64,000 nt of DNA from Spirochaetia bacterium UBA2205. Its GTDB lineage: Bacteria > Spirochaetota > UBA4802 > UB4802. This document shows, one piece after another, positions 8,387-16,781 of this stretch (position 1 is the first letter of the stretch; every line of letters starts with the position of its first letter). The DNA lies in assembly GCA_002328585.1 (NCBI GenBank), contig DCUV01000014.1:31893-95892 (forward strand), in the 5' to 3' direction. Below the pieces are notes generated by a model that made no database searches, was not told where the DNA came from, and worked only from the letters and a program-made list of their open reading frames with translations. The translations under genes were made by a program, and so were the position numbers.

Positions 8387-8585
8387 GTAGCAGTTATAAG
8401 GTTTATAAAGTTGAAAGTTTATAAAGTTAAAGGATGGTGAAGCGCCTGGGTGGTTACAATACATTGATTGCGTTTACACAATAACAGTGTTTTACCGGGG
8501 ATGTGACTATATAGTACGATGAACTTATTATTTGTTTTCACAATAACTTTGAACATTATAACATTACGAACTTTGAACTGTTACC
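8387..8585 (+). mobile_element. 199-bp gene-less element, copy 3
   Basis: Differs from copy 1 by three A>T changes (8473, 8508, 8520). Confidence 0.75.
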
Positions 8586-8608
8586 GTTTGAGCTTCCAAT
8601 AGTGGGAT

Positions 8609-8639
8609 GTAGCAGTTATAAGGTTTATAAAGTTGAAAG
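8609..8639 (+). mobile_element. Truncated element (first 31 bp of the left arm)
   Basis: GTAGCAGTTATAAGGTTTATAAAGTTGAAAG after repeat nt 1-23, then unrelated sequence. Confidence 0.65.
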
Positions 8640-8822
8640 CGAGGCTGTGAAAATATAGTTTGTAAATTAAAATTCAGTAATGGATGCGTGGACTTGCTTA
8701 TTTTAGAATATTAATGCCCTTGACTTTAGACCTTAAGTAAGATTTACACAATGAATAACAAAAATGAATTGACAAAATATTAGAAAACATACGATTTATA
8801 TAATATATTATATATCTATATT

Positions 8823-9398
8823 ATGAGTCAGGGTAATATCATAATGGTGCCATTTCAAAAGGAAGTATTAATAAATGGGATACTATTTTTTGCAAAAGCG
8901 TATTATAAAAAAACAAAAAAATATCCTGCGCAAATGTATCTCTATAAATTTTTAGCATTTGTTGATTTTGAAAGTGTGCAACAAACGGGAGAACCTGTTT
9001 TTGGGTTACAATATATAGCTATGGAGAAGGGTCCTGTCCCAAAAGAATTATATGATAATCGTGAAAATATAAAAAATGATTTATTTAGATTTGTAAAAAA
9101 GGATAATGCTATATTAATTATTCCTGATAATAGCAAGCAAGTTAACTTTGAATATTTTTCCGAATATGAAATTGATTTATTTAATAAATGGATTGAAATA
9201 ATTGCTGATAGGAAAGTTTTAACTAAAGATATTAGTTTAAGCAGCCATGAAATAAATGCATGGGAAAAAACATATAATAAAAAGCCAAATAGTATCATCA
9301 GTTATAAGGATGTATTTGATATTATACCTGCACAAAAAGAATTATCCCCTGTAGAAGAGCATTTTTTGATTTATTCTTCTATACATAATATTAAATAA
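8823..9398 (+). CDS. Panacea (DUF4065/SocA-like) domain antitoxin
   Basis: LYKFLAFVDF...QYIAMEKGPVPKELY resembles the DUF4065 core. Confidence 0.75.
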   Translation: MSQGNIIMVPFQKEVLINGILFFAKAYYKKTKKYPAQMYLYKFLAFVDFESVQQTGEPVFGLQYIAMEKGPVPKELYDNRENIKNDLFRFVKKDNAILIIPDNSKQVNFEYFSEYEIDLFNKWIEIIADRKVLTKDISLSSHEINAWEKTYNKKPNSIISYKDVFDIIPAQKELSPVEEHFLIYSSIHNIK

Positions 9399-9823
9399 TG
9401 AATATTGAACCGGGAACTGTTCTATATTGGGAAAAATTTGCAAACCCCAATATCGGGAAAGAAATAAAAAATGTTTATATGATATATCTTGGTTGCGATG
9501 ATTTAGCAAATTATACCATATTTACGTATTGCCACCGGTTTACTACGCAAGTACATCACTCTAACTTGATCATTGAATTTAAACAAGCAGAATACCATGA
9601 AATTTTTTCTGAAGACTGTTATCTTAATTTTTCTGAAAGAGTATATGAAATCCCATTAGAATATATACATAATCATAAGGAACAGATAAAATTATTGGGC
9701 AAATTGAAAAAGGATGATTTATATAAAATTCTTAAATGTGTCAATAAATCAAAATATTATAAACCAAAAACTAAAATAGCTGTACGGGATAGTTTTTCAA
9801 AAATAAACATTACTCTTAAATAA
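9398..9823 (+). CDS. Putative toxin with a PemK/MazF-like pattern
   Basis: Translationally coupled to the antitoxin (TAATG overlap); G-x-V-x-W..F...K..YMIYLG...FTT...LGKL..DDLYKI pattern resembles the PemK fold. Confidence 0.5.
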   Translation: MNIEPGTVLYWEKFANPNIGKEIKNVYMIYLGCDDLANYTIFTYCHRFTTQVHHSNLIIEFKQAEYHEIFSEDCYLNFSERVYEIPLEYIHNHKEQIKLLGKLKKDDLYKILKCVNKSKYYKPKTKIAVRDSFSKINITLK

Positions 9824-9953
9824 TAATTTTACTTTTTTAGTTCTATGACAAATGACAGTTATATCAAGTATTAAAAATTATAGCCACCCGTTATGAAAAA
9901 ACAACGATTAAAAGATATATAAAAACACACCTTGCATATTTTCCATTGAAACT

Positions 9954-10400
9954 TTATGGTACCTTTATAGCTAACTCTTCTGAATCAACATCAATTGAAA
10001 TGCCGCTCATAGCCTTTACAGGGCAGGCTAATTTACACAGTCCGCATGCAACACAGCGTTCAGGATAAAATTCCACCATCATTGTTTCACGGTTTATCAC
10101 CAGCGCATCGGTTCGGCATACTGCTGTACAGGCGCCGCAGTGTACGCATCTGTTCTCATCACGCTGAATCTTATCAGCTAAAATATCAACAACCACTTCT
10201 TCATCTATCAGATAATTGATACAGGTATCTATATCTTCTCTTTCGCCGGAAAGTTGCAGTATAAGCCTGCCTTCCTGTTTGGGCAGTATTTTTGCCTCAA
10301 GCACATTAAATATTACATTAAAATCTTTAGCAATGCGATAGATAATGGGTTTATACATTATATTCTGGTTAAATATTAAAAGCACATTTCGTGATTCCAT
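9954..10400 (-). CDS. NIL-domain 2x[4Fe-4S] ferredoxin
   Basis: N-terminal NIL-like domain plus CVHCGACTAVC and CVACGLCKLAC; ATG 10400 preferred over the track start at 10526. Confidence 0.88.
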   Translation of the reverse strand: MESRNVLLIFNQNIMYKPIIYRIAKDFNVIFNVLEAKILPKQEGRLILQLSGEREDIDTCINYLIDEEVVVDILADKIQRDENRCVHCGACTAVCRTDALVINRETMMVEFYPERCVACGLCKLACPVKAMSGISIDVDSEELAIKVP

Positions 10401-10411
10401 GATAACCTCGT

Positions 10412-11137
10412 TTATGACGTTTGAGTAAGTTCTATACACCCCTTTATAGCCATTGTATCCCAGTATATCACCATGGCTCCCGTAACGCCAGATATTGTAC
10501 AGGCATACTCCAGCGCATGAACACAATCCTCTTCTTTTTGTACCCTGTTACAGGTTGCTGTTGCAACCGCATCAGCCAGTGACGCCGACGATGCAAGTAT
10601 GGTTACACAATCGGCTTTGCCAAAACTAAATGAGTGTCCAAAACGCCCTGATGATGAACAAATTCCTGATGGCGTGTCATGCGGTTGAATAACAATACCA
10701 CAATCACCCAAAAATGCCTTCCTTCCCGCAAAAACCTTGATAACAGCAGGCTCCTGTACCTTTGCCCAGATATCGCCACCGTTTTCAATAATTATCTCCG
10801 GGCTATAGGTAGTCAGCTCTTCGCCAATCATCTGGGCGATAGTTCCGGCAACTGCTGCCATTGGACCAACGGAAGCCTTTGCTGTAGCACTATACATCCT
10901 CCGTACCACCTCCGGAGCAGATGGATCAAATTCAAGAGGTGATAGCGCATGCAGAAAGTTATCATGTTTTGCAATGTAGTCTTTAATATCGTTGCGCAGC
11001 TGATGAACTAATTGCAGGGTTCTATCGCCAAGATTGTTATGAGCACATATAAACAGGCTGGTGGTTTCAACACAAACTTCAAATGTTGTAAAGCGTGTAT
11101 TTTGAATCAGTGCTCTGTATGCCAATGTGCTGTTCAT
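10412..11137 (-). CDS. UPF0280 / ApbE-like protein (COG2122)
   Basis: VGPMAAVAG, IIIENGGDI, GICSSSG..GHSFSFGKAD, LADAVATA motifs. Confidence 0.85.
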   Translation of the reverse strand: MNSTLAYRALIQNTRFTTFEVCVETTSLFICAHNNLGDRTLQLVHQLRNDIKDYIAKHDNFLHALSPLEFDPSAPEVVRRMYSATAKASVGPMAAVAGTIAQMIGEELTTYSPEIIIENGGDIWAKVQEPAVIKVFAGRKAFLGDCGIVIQPHDTPSGICSSSGRFGHSFSFGKADCVTILASSASLADAVATATCNRVQKEEDCVHALEYACTISGVTGAMVIYWDTMAIKGCIELTQTS

Positions 11138-11170
11138 ACGTGTATGCTTATGGTGCATTAACAGTTTAGT

Positions 11171-12361
11171 TTATTCATGATGTTTTTGGTACGGAACGGA
11201 TGGCAGCACTATCTGCGGCTCACCAACCGTAAATTGCCTCTGCACAATCCAGTCTTTTAAAGTGTCTGCAATTTTTTTTGCCATCGGGTAGCTTGAAAGC
11301 GGAGCAGTTGGAATACGCTTGCCGGCAATTTCAACAAATCCTGATTTTAGCTGGGCATAGCTTACCTGGGCAATGGATCTGCTGATGGCATTTGGATAGT
11401 CATAACCGTAATCAACCACCTGGCAGTAAATAGCATCATCTGAAACACCGGTAAAAAAAGCTAAATCTTCATTTAAAATTGGTATAGGTATGCCAATGCC
11501 AACCATGAGACTGCATCCGTAACCGGTAATGGATGCGCCCTTTATAAACTGTGTTGTCATGTGCTTCATATCCCCTGTGACAGCTATTGTACCGGCGCCT
11601 GATGTAACCACGCCGTTTTCGCTTCGCGGTTCATTGGGGCTATGCTGGGTGCCACGCCAGGTTACTGCACCCATACTGCCAGCCAAAAATATCTTTGTGC
11701 CCACACCAATGGTCCAGTAGTAGGGATCATTTAAAAGCGGGCTAAGCTGCCCGGCACTTGAATAGGTTGCATTCCCCATATTGGGGCGCAGTATGCCCAT
11801 ATAGGTGTAGATAGTCTTTTTGGATTGATTAACTGCGCAGTTATAGTTTTGATAGGCATTGCGCGGGTTGTATAAAAAAGCATCGCGCAAATCATTGATG
11901 GTTACCGTTGCTTCATATTCACGGAGTGGATAGCAGTCGGTTCCGTAACTTTTTGCTTTTAATTTTACCGGTTTGCCCGCTATTAAATCTTCAATGACAT
12001 GCCCGCCGCCATATTTAAATCTGCCGGGATGAACCCTGTTTAAAGGGTCATCCTCCTGCACCTGCGTTGCTCCTATGTAGATATCAACGGCAGCAAGCCC
12101 TGCGTATGCTTCCACATCGTTAAGCCACACCTTTGATGCCTTTATCTTGGGACGGGTATGTCCAAAGTTAATAAATGCACCGCTGGAACACATTGTGCCA
12201 AACGTTCCGGTGGTAACAACATCAACCTTTTTAAATGCTGATTTATACCCCTGAGATTTTACAATGCTGGTCATTTCATCGGCGGTTACAACAACAGCCT
12301 CACCTTTTTTTATCTTATTGTTTATTTCCTCATAACTTTTTTTAATGACAATATCGCTCAT
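11171..12361 (-). CDS. DUF39 homocysteine biosynthesis protein (aspartate semialdehyde sulfurtransferase-like)
   Basis: VDVVTTGTFGTMCSSGAFINFG, YGGGHVIEDL, YNPRNAYQNY motifs; adjacent to a NIL ferredoxin. Confidence 0.85.
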   Translation of the reverse strand: MSDIVIKKSYEEINNKIKKGEAVVVTADEMTSIVKSQGYKSAFKKVDVVTTGTFGTMCSSGAFINFGHTRPKIKASKVWLNDVEAYAGLAAVDIYIGATQVQEDDPLNRVHPGRFKYGGGHVIEDLIAGKPVKLKAKSYGTDCYPLREYEATVTINDLRDAFLYNPRNAYQNYNCAVNQSKKTIYTYMGILRPNMGNATYSSAGQLSPLLNDPYYWTIGVGTKIFLAGSMGAVTWRGTQHSPNEPRSENGVVTSGAGTIAVTGDMKHMTTQFIKGASITGYGCSLMVGIGIPIPILNEDLAFFTGVSDDAIYCQVVDYGYDYPNAISRSIAQVSYAQLKSGFVEIAGKRIPTAPLSSYPMAKKIADTLKDWIVQRQFTVGEPQIVLPSVPYQKHHE

Positions 12362-12657
12362 TGCATGGTTATCCTTTTTGTAATAGTAAGGTGAATGAAC
12401 ATTATGCTTTCAATACTGTAAGCATGCAAGTAAAAATTATTTTTAAATTTTTAAAGCAAAAATCCCATGGGGATGGCAAATGGCAATGAAGTCCCGAGTT
12501 GGTTACAAATATTTTTGGAATTTTTATAAATTTTGTTAAAAAAACTTTACAAATAAGTTTAAAATAGCCATAATTGTATAAACAATATATTTGTTACATT
12601 GTACAGATTATTATGTACCATGAAAATATATGGAATAAAAACAAAAAGGAAAATTCA

Positions 12658-13278
12658 ATGCCACGATTAAAACCCGAAGCTCGTGCTGAAAAAGAACAGT
12701 TACGCAAAACACAGATTACCCAGGCTGCTTATGAGGTTATATCTGCTAAGGGGTATAATAATTTTACCCTGGATGATATTGCAAAAAATGCAGGACTTTC
12801 AAAGGGAGGGGTGCTGCACTATTTTAAATCTAAAGAAGATATACTGCTGTATCTTCTGGAGCAGATTTACATCATTATCAAGAAAAATATTAATAAACGC
12901 TCTTCAAAATACCGCACCCCGGAACGCAGGCTAAGAGCAATTGTTATTGCTTTTATTGTAACTGCTAAACGTCATCCTGCATTTTATACAGTGCTGGTTG
13001 ACTTCTGGGCGCAGATACCCATACATGAGCGGGTAAAATATATCAATACCCAGATATATAAGCAGCTTTGTGATGAGGTAATCAAGGTCATTGAGGATGG
13101 TATCGCATCGGGTGTATTTAAACAGGTACATGCTGATAATACGGCTCATGCAATTGTGGCGATGGTTATGAATGTTGCCATACAGTGGACGTTTAATCAT
13201 GAACTTTACAATATCGATCATATGGCAAAGACATGTATAAAAATGATTATGGCTTATCTTGAAGAAAAAACTAAATAA
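12658..13278 (+). CDS. TetR/AcrR family regulator
   Basis: HTH TLDDIAKNAGLSKGGVLHYFKSKEDIL; ATG 12658 preferred. Confidence 0.9.
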   Translation: MPRLKPEARAEKEQLRKTQITQAAYEVISAKGYNNFTLDDIAKNAGLSKGGVLHYFKSKEDILLYLLEQIYIIIKKNINKRSSKYRTPERRLRAIVIAFIVTAKRHPAFYTVLVDFWAQIPIHERVKYINTQIYKQLCDEVIKVIEDGIASGVFKQVHADNTAHAIVAMVMNVAIQWTFNHELYNIDHMAKTCIKMIMAYLEEKTK

Positions 13279-13924
13279 GGGGTATTATTATCCGGGCAAC
13301 TGTCTTTGATTTAAAATCGGTGTATAACGTAAAATTGGTGTATGGTATCCCAACGCTTTTTAATAGTACTACAACCATGGATAGCCCAAGCCCCATGCCT
13401 TCTGCTGCAGGGTCAGGATTTTCAAGATAAAAATCGGCTATGCTGTCATAGTTAGATGAGCGTTCAATTCTTTCACGCATGCGTTCCAGCTCTTTTTGAG
13501 GTACCGGTAAGTTGTTTATAACATCAATGATCAATCGTGTTGTTTGTGGCTTTAGATAAATTCGTGTTGATAACCTGTATTGTTTTGCCTTAATTCCATA
13601 GAGAAGCAACGATTCTTCATTAAGTATATTTCTAACTTTGTCAACCACTTCCATAATATCATCGGGATCTTTTATCTCGCCTTCTTCTATAAGTATATAT
13701 TTTGCATTGGCTTTAATTGCATTGGCAACTAACTCTTTTAAGGATGAGTAAACAGGAGTGTACAGGTCAGATTTATTGTGGCGTTCAAGTATCTTACTTA
13801 GGGCGTACTGTATATTTTTTTCAGTTTCATCAAGAACAGAATAGCTGACAAAAACTATCTCCTGATTTCTGTTGATTGCTGATAATATTTCGTGTATTAT
13901 GTCCTGTGATGTTGCCTGTGCCAT
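13271..13924 (-). CDS. Stand-alone HATPase_c-like (GHKL) protein
   Basis: N-box-like ELVANAIKAN and G-box-like EGMGLGL. Confidence 0.55.
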   Translation of the reverse strand: MAQATSQDIIHEILSAINRNQEIVFVSYSVLDETEKNIQYALSKILERHNKSDLYTPVYSSLKELVANAIKANAKYILIEEGEIKDPDDIMEVVDKVRNILNEESLLLYGIKAKQYRLSTRIYLKPQTTRLIIDVINNLPVPQKELERMRERIERSSNYDSIADFYLENPDPAAEGMGLGLSMVVVLLKSVGIPYTNFTLYTDFKSKTVARIIIPLI

Positions 13925-14067
13925 GATCGTGGTATAATTAACTTAGAATTTAGTTATACTATCGGTATAATGCTAATAATGCAACAATTTTTTAATTGCA
14001 ACAAGATTGACATTTTTATATACTGTAATACACAATGCCACCTTATGACATACTGAAGAGGTACACT

Positions 14068-14931
14068 ATGTTTGATATACTTTTTCCATCCGCATCATCT
14101 ATTGCTGTTATAACGCTATTGAGTTTGGCATGCGGCATATTGCTTTCACTGGCAAAAGTACTGCTCAAGGTTGAAAAAGACCCGCGTATTGATAAAATTG
14201 TTGAATCACTTCCCGGTGCTAACTGCGGCGCATGTGGTTTTCCTGGATGCGTTGGTTATGCCACTCATATAGTTGAAAAGGGCGCAGCCATTAATCTTTG
14301 TCCTGTTGGTAGTTCCGATAGTGCACAAAAGATATCGCAGATTATGGGAATAGAAGCCGACGTAATGGCAAAACGAATCGCGCGTGTACACTGTCAGGGC
14401 GGTATTAATGAAACAAAGATACGTTTTATGTATGATGGTCCTCATAGCTGTACGGCTGCTCAACTGGTTATGGGCGGTTTCAAGGTTTGTGAATTTGGAT
14501 GTTTGGGATTGGGTGATTGTGTCCGTGCATGCCCCTTTAATGCTATCCATTTAGACAAACGAGGGTTGCCATTGGTTGATGCAGAAAAATGTACTGGTTG
14601 CGGTAACTGCGTTGAAGCATGTCCGCGTAATATTATAAGCCTTTTAGATGAAAACATTGATGTTTATATGATGTGCCGCAACAAACAAAAAGCGCCGGTT
14701 ATGAAGTTAGGATGCAGCGTTGGTTGCACAGCGTGCCGGCGTTGCGAAAAGGTCTGTCGTGAGGAAGTTTTTAAGGATAATCCCAATGTGGATACAGCAA
14801 TTAAAGTAGTTGATTTTTTAGCTGTTATTGATTATGAATTGTGTATTAATTGCGGCAGGTGTGCCGAAGTTTGTCCGCAGAATGTTATAGATTTTAAAAA
14901 AGTTATGGTAATCAAGCGTGAAACCAATTGA
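14068..14931 (+). CDS. rnfB: RnfB-type electron transport subunit
   Basis: N-terminal TM, LPGANCGACGFPGC, CPVG, CEFGCLGLGDCVRACPF and further ferredoxin motifs. Confidence 0.9.
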   Translation: MFDILFPSASSIAVITLLSLACGILLSLAKVLLKVEKDPRIDKIVESLPGANCGACGFPGCVGYATHIVEKGAAINLCPVGSSDSAQKISQIMGIEADVMAKRIARVHCQGGINETKIRFMYDGPHSCTAAQLVMGGFKVCEFGCLGLGDCVRACPFNAIHLDKRGLPLVDAEKCTGCGNCVEACPRNIISLLDENIDVYMMCRNKQKAPVMKLGCSVGCTACRRCEKVCREEVFKDNPNVDTAIKVVDFLAVIDYELCINCGRCAEVCPQNVIDFKKVMVIKRETN

Positions 14932-15934
14932 CCAGATGTCTGGTGCAGAAAGGGCGGCGGCACTTCTGGTAGCGTTAGGACCAGAAGTTGCTTCTGAGAT
15001 AATGAAGTTTCTTGATGAAGAAAGTATTCAACAATTAGCTTCGGAGATTGCTAAAATTGATGTTCTGTCACCGCAGGAAAAAGAAGATCTGATAGGACAG
15101 TTTTTGCTTGAGCTTAAAAAAACTCGTGGCATAACGTTTGGTGGCCAAAACGTAGCAAAAGAAATATTATATGCAGCGTTTGGACAGGATAAAGCTCAGG
15201 ACATCTTAAAACGATTAACCCATAAGGATCTGGAAAAGGGCTTTGGATTTTTAAGTGATATTGACCCGGAGTTAATTGTAACATTTTTGCATAATGAACA
15301 TCCGCAGACGATTGCTGTTACGTTGGCATACCTACCGGCTGTAAAAGCTGCCGAGGTGATAAAACTTTTATCAACCGATATTGCCAAAGAGGTAACATTG
15401 CGCATGGCAAAGATGGAACGCACCTCACCTGATGCGGTGCTTGAGATATCGCGTGTGCTGCGCAAAAAATACGATGAGTATCGATATCAGGGGCAATCCA
15501 GTTCAAAGGCAGGTGGTCTTAATGCGCTCATTGATATAATGTCTCATTTAAGTGGCGATCAGGAAAAACAGCTTATTGATTATTTTGAAACCGCCATGCC
15601 GCAAATTGCTGATGAGATACGAGCACGCATCTTTACATTTGAAAATGCAATTACCCTTACCAATACTGAGATGCGCATCCTTATTGATGAAATCAACAAT
15701 GACTATATGATTGCCAGAGCATTGAAGGGCGCTGGTGATGAAATCAGATTTAAGTTTTTCCGCAACATGAGTAAAAACCGTGCAACTGATATCATGAATG
15801 AGATGGAAGCCATGGGACCTGTGCGCTTATCCGAGATTCAGGATGCTCGCGACAATATTATAAGAATAATGCGCATACTGCATGACAATGGTGTTATAAG
15901 CCTCAGAAAAGAAAAAGAGAAGTATATTGAATAA
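14918..15934 (+). CDS. fliG: Flagellar motor switch protein FliG
   Basis: SGAERAAALLVALG, EHPQTIA, GG...L..I, MSKNRA...E.MGPVRLSEI motifs. Confidence 0.92.
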   Translation: MKPIDQMSGAERAAALLVALGPEVASEIMKFLDEESIQQLASEIAKIDVLSPQEKEDLIGQFLLELKKTRGITFGGQNVAKEILYAAFGQDKAQDILKRLTHKDLEKGFGFLSDIDPELIVTFLHNEHPQTIAVTLAYLPAVKAAEVIKLLSTDIAKEVTLRMAKMERTSPDAVLEISRVLRKKYDEYRYQGQSSSKAGGLNALIDIMSHLSGDQEKQLIDYFETAMPQIADEIRARIFTFENAITLTNTEMRILIDEINNDYMIARALKGAGDEIRFKFFRNMSKNRATDIMNEMEAMGPVRLSEIQDARDNIIRIMRILHDNGVISLRKEKEKYIE

Positions 15935-16760
15935 AAAAGAAATCCTTTCATGGCTGCAGCAGTATGGGCTTGCTCCTAACAAGATGTATGGGCAGCATTT
16001 TTTGTTTCATGAAAAATATATTGAGGCGATAGTTACTGCAATCAGTCCTTGCAGTGCTGATGTGGTACTTGAAATTGGTCCAGGGCTGGGAGTGCTTACG
16101 CAACGATTGAGTGAACATGCAAAGAAGGTCATTGCAGTGGAGATTGATGCTGGATTTGTTGAGGTTTTACAATCAAGGTTTGCTAACAATTCCAGAGTAA
16201 CTATCGTACATAATGATTTTTTAAAAACAAATCCTTGCCATGAATGTACTGTGCTCACCGGTAACCTTCCTTATAATATTTCTTCACAGATTATTTTTGC
16301 AGCAGCACATAACTATACAGCAACCCATTGTTTTTTTTTGTTGCAAAAAGAGATGGCGCAGCGTCTTATAGCAAAACCAAAAAGTGCCATGTATTCAGCA
16401 TTTACCGTGGGAATTGGATTATATTTTACTGTTCAAACATTATTTGATATACCGCCACAAGCCTTTTACCCAGCGCCTAAAGTGTATTCAACATTTGTAA
16501 AGCTTACCCGAAAAAATACTGTAATGCTTCATACTGATGAAAAAGCGGTGTTTGAGCAGCTTGTAGCAACTGCGTTCTGGGCACGCCGAAAGATGCTGAA
16601 AACAGCGTTGAAACGTTCGCCCTATACAACCTACAGTACGGCTTTTATTGCACAGGCTTTTGGCCAATTGGGTTTTGATGAAAAGGTGCGGGGCGAAGAG
16701 CTTACCCTTGATGAGTTTGTTGCGCTGGCAAAGTACTGTACGCATTATAGCAATAAATAA
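15927..16760 (+). CDS. rsmA: 16S rRNA dimethyltransferase RsmA/KsgA
   Basis: YGQHFL, VLEIGPGLG, GNLPYNIS, FYPAPKV motifs. Confidence 0.93.
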   Translation: MNKKEILSWLQQYGLAPNKMYGQHFLFHEKYIEAIVTAISPCSADVVLEIGPGLGVLTQRLSEHAKKVIAVEIDAGFVEVLQSRFANNSRVTIVHNDFLKTNPCHECTVLTGNLPYNISSQIIFAAAHNYTATHCFFLLQKEMAQRLIAKPKSAMYSAFTVGIGLYFTVQTLFDIPPQAFYPAPKVYSTFVKLTRKNTVMLHTDEKAVFEQLVATAFWARRKMLKTALKRSPYTTYSTAFIAQAFGQLGFDEKVRGEELTLDEFVALAKYCTHYSNK

Positions 16761-16781
16761 CAAGCAATAAGAAAATGAGAT

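Larger units (their letters stand above)
6707..8608 (+). CRISPR. CRISPR array, repeat GTTTGAGCTTCCAATAGTGGGATTTAAAG (29 bp), interrupted by inserted elements
   Basis: Full repeats at 6707, 6773, 6837, 6902, 7189, 7254, 7320, 7385, 7453, 7518, 7583, each followed by a unique 35-39 bp spacer. Five repeats truncated after nt 23 at 6967, 7649, 7871, 8364, 8586. Confidence 0.97.

Noticed and set aside
6967-8639. Calling the inserted elements a classical IS or a casposon
   Set aside because: No transposase, integrase, PolB or element-borne cas1 lies between the arms; the only ORF is a four-helix-bundle protein.
12362-12657. SAM riboswitch upstream of the homocysteine operon
   Set aside because: I found no SAM-I consensus elements on the minus strand.
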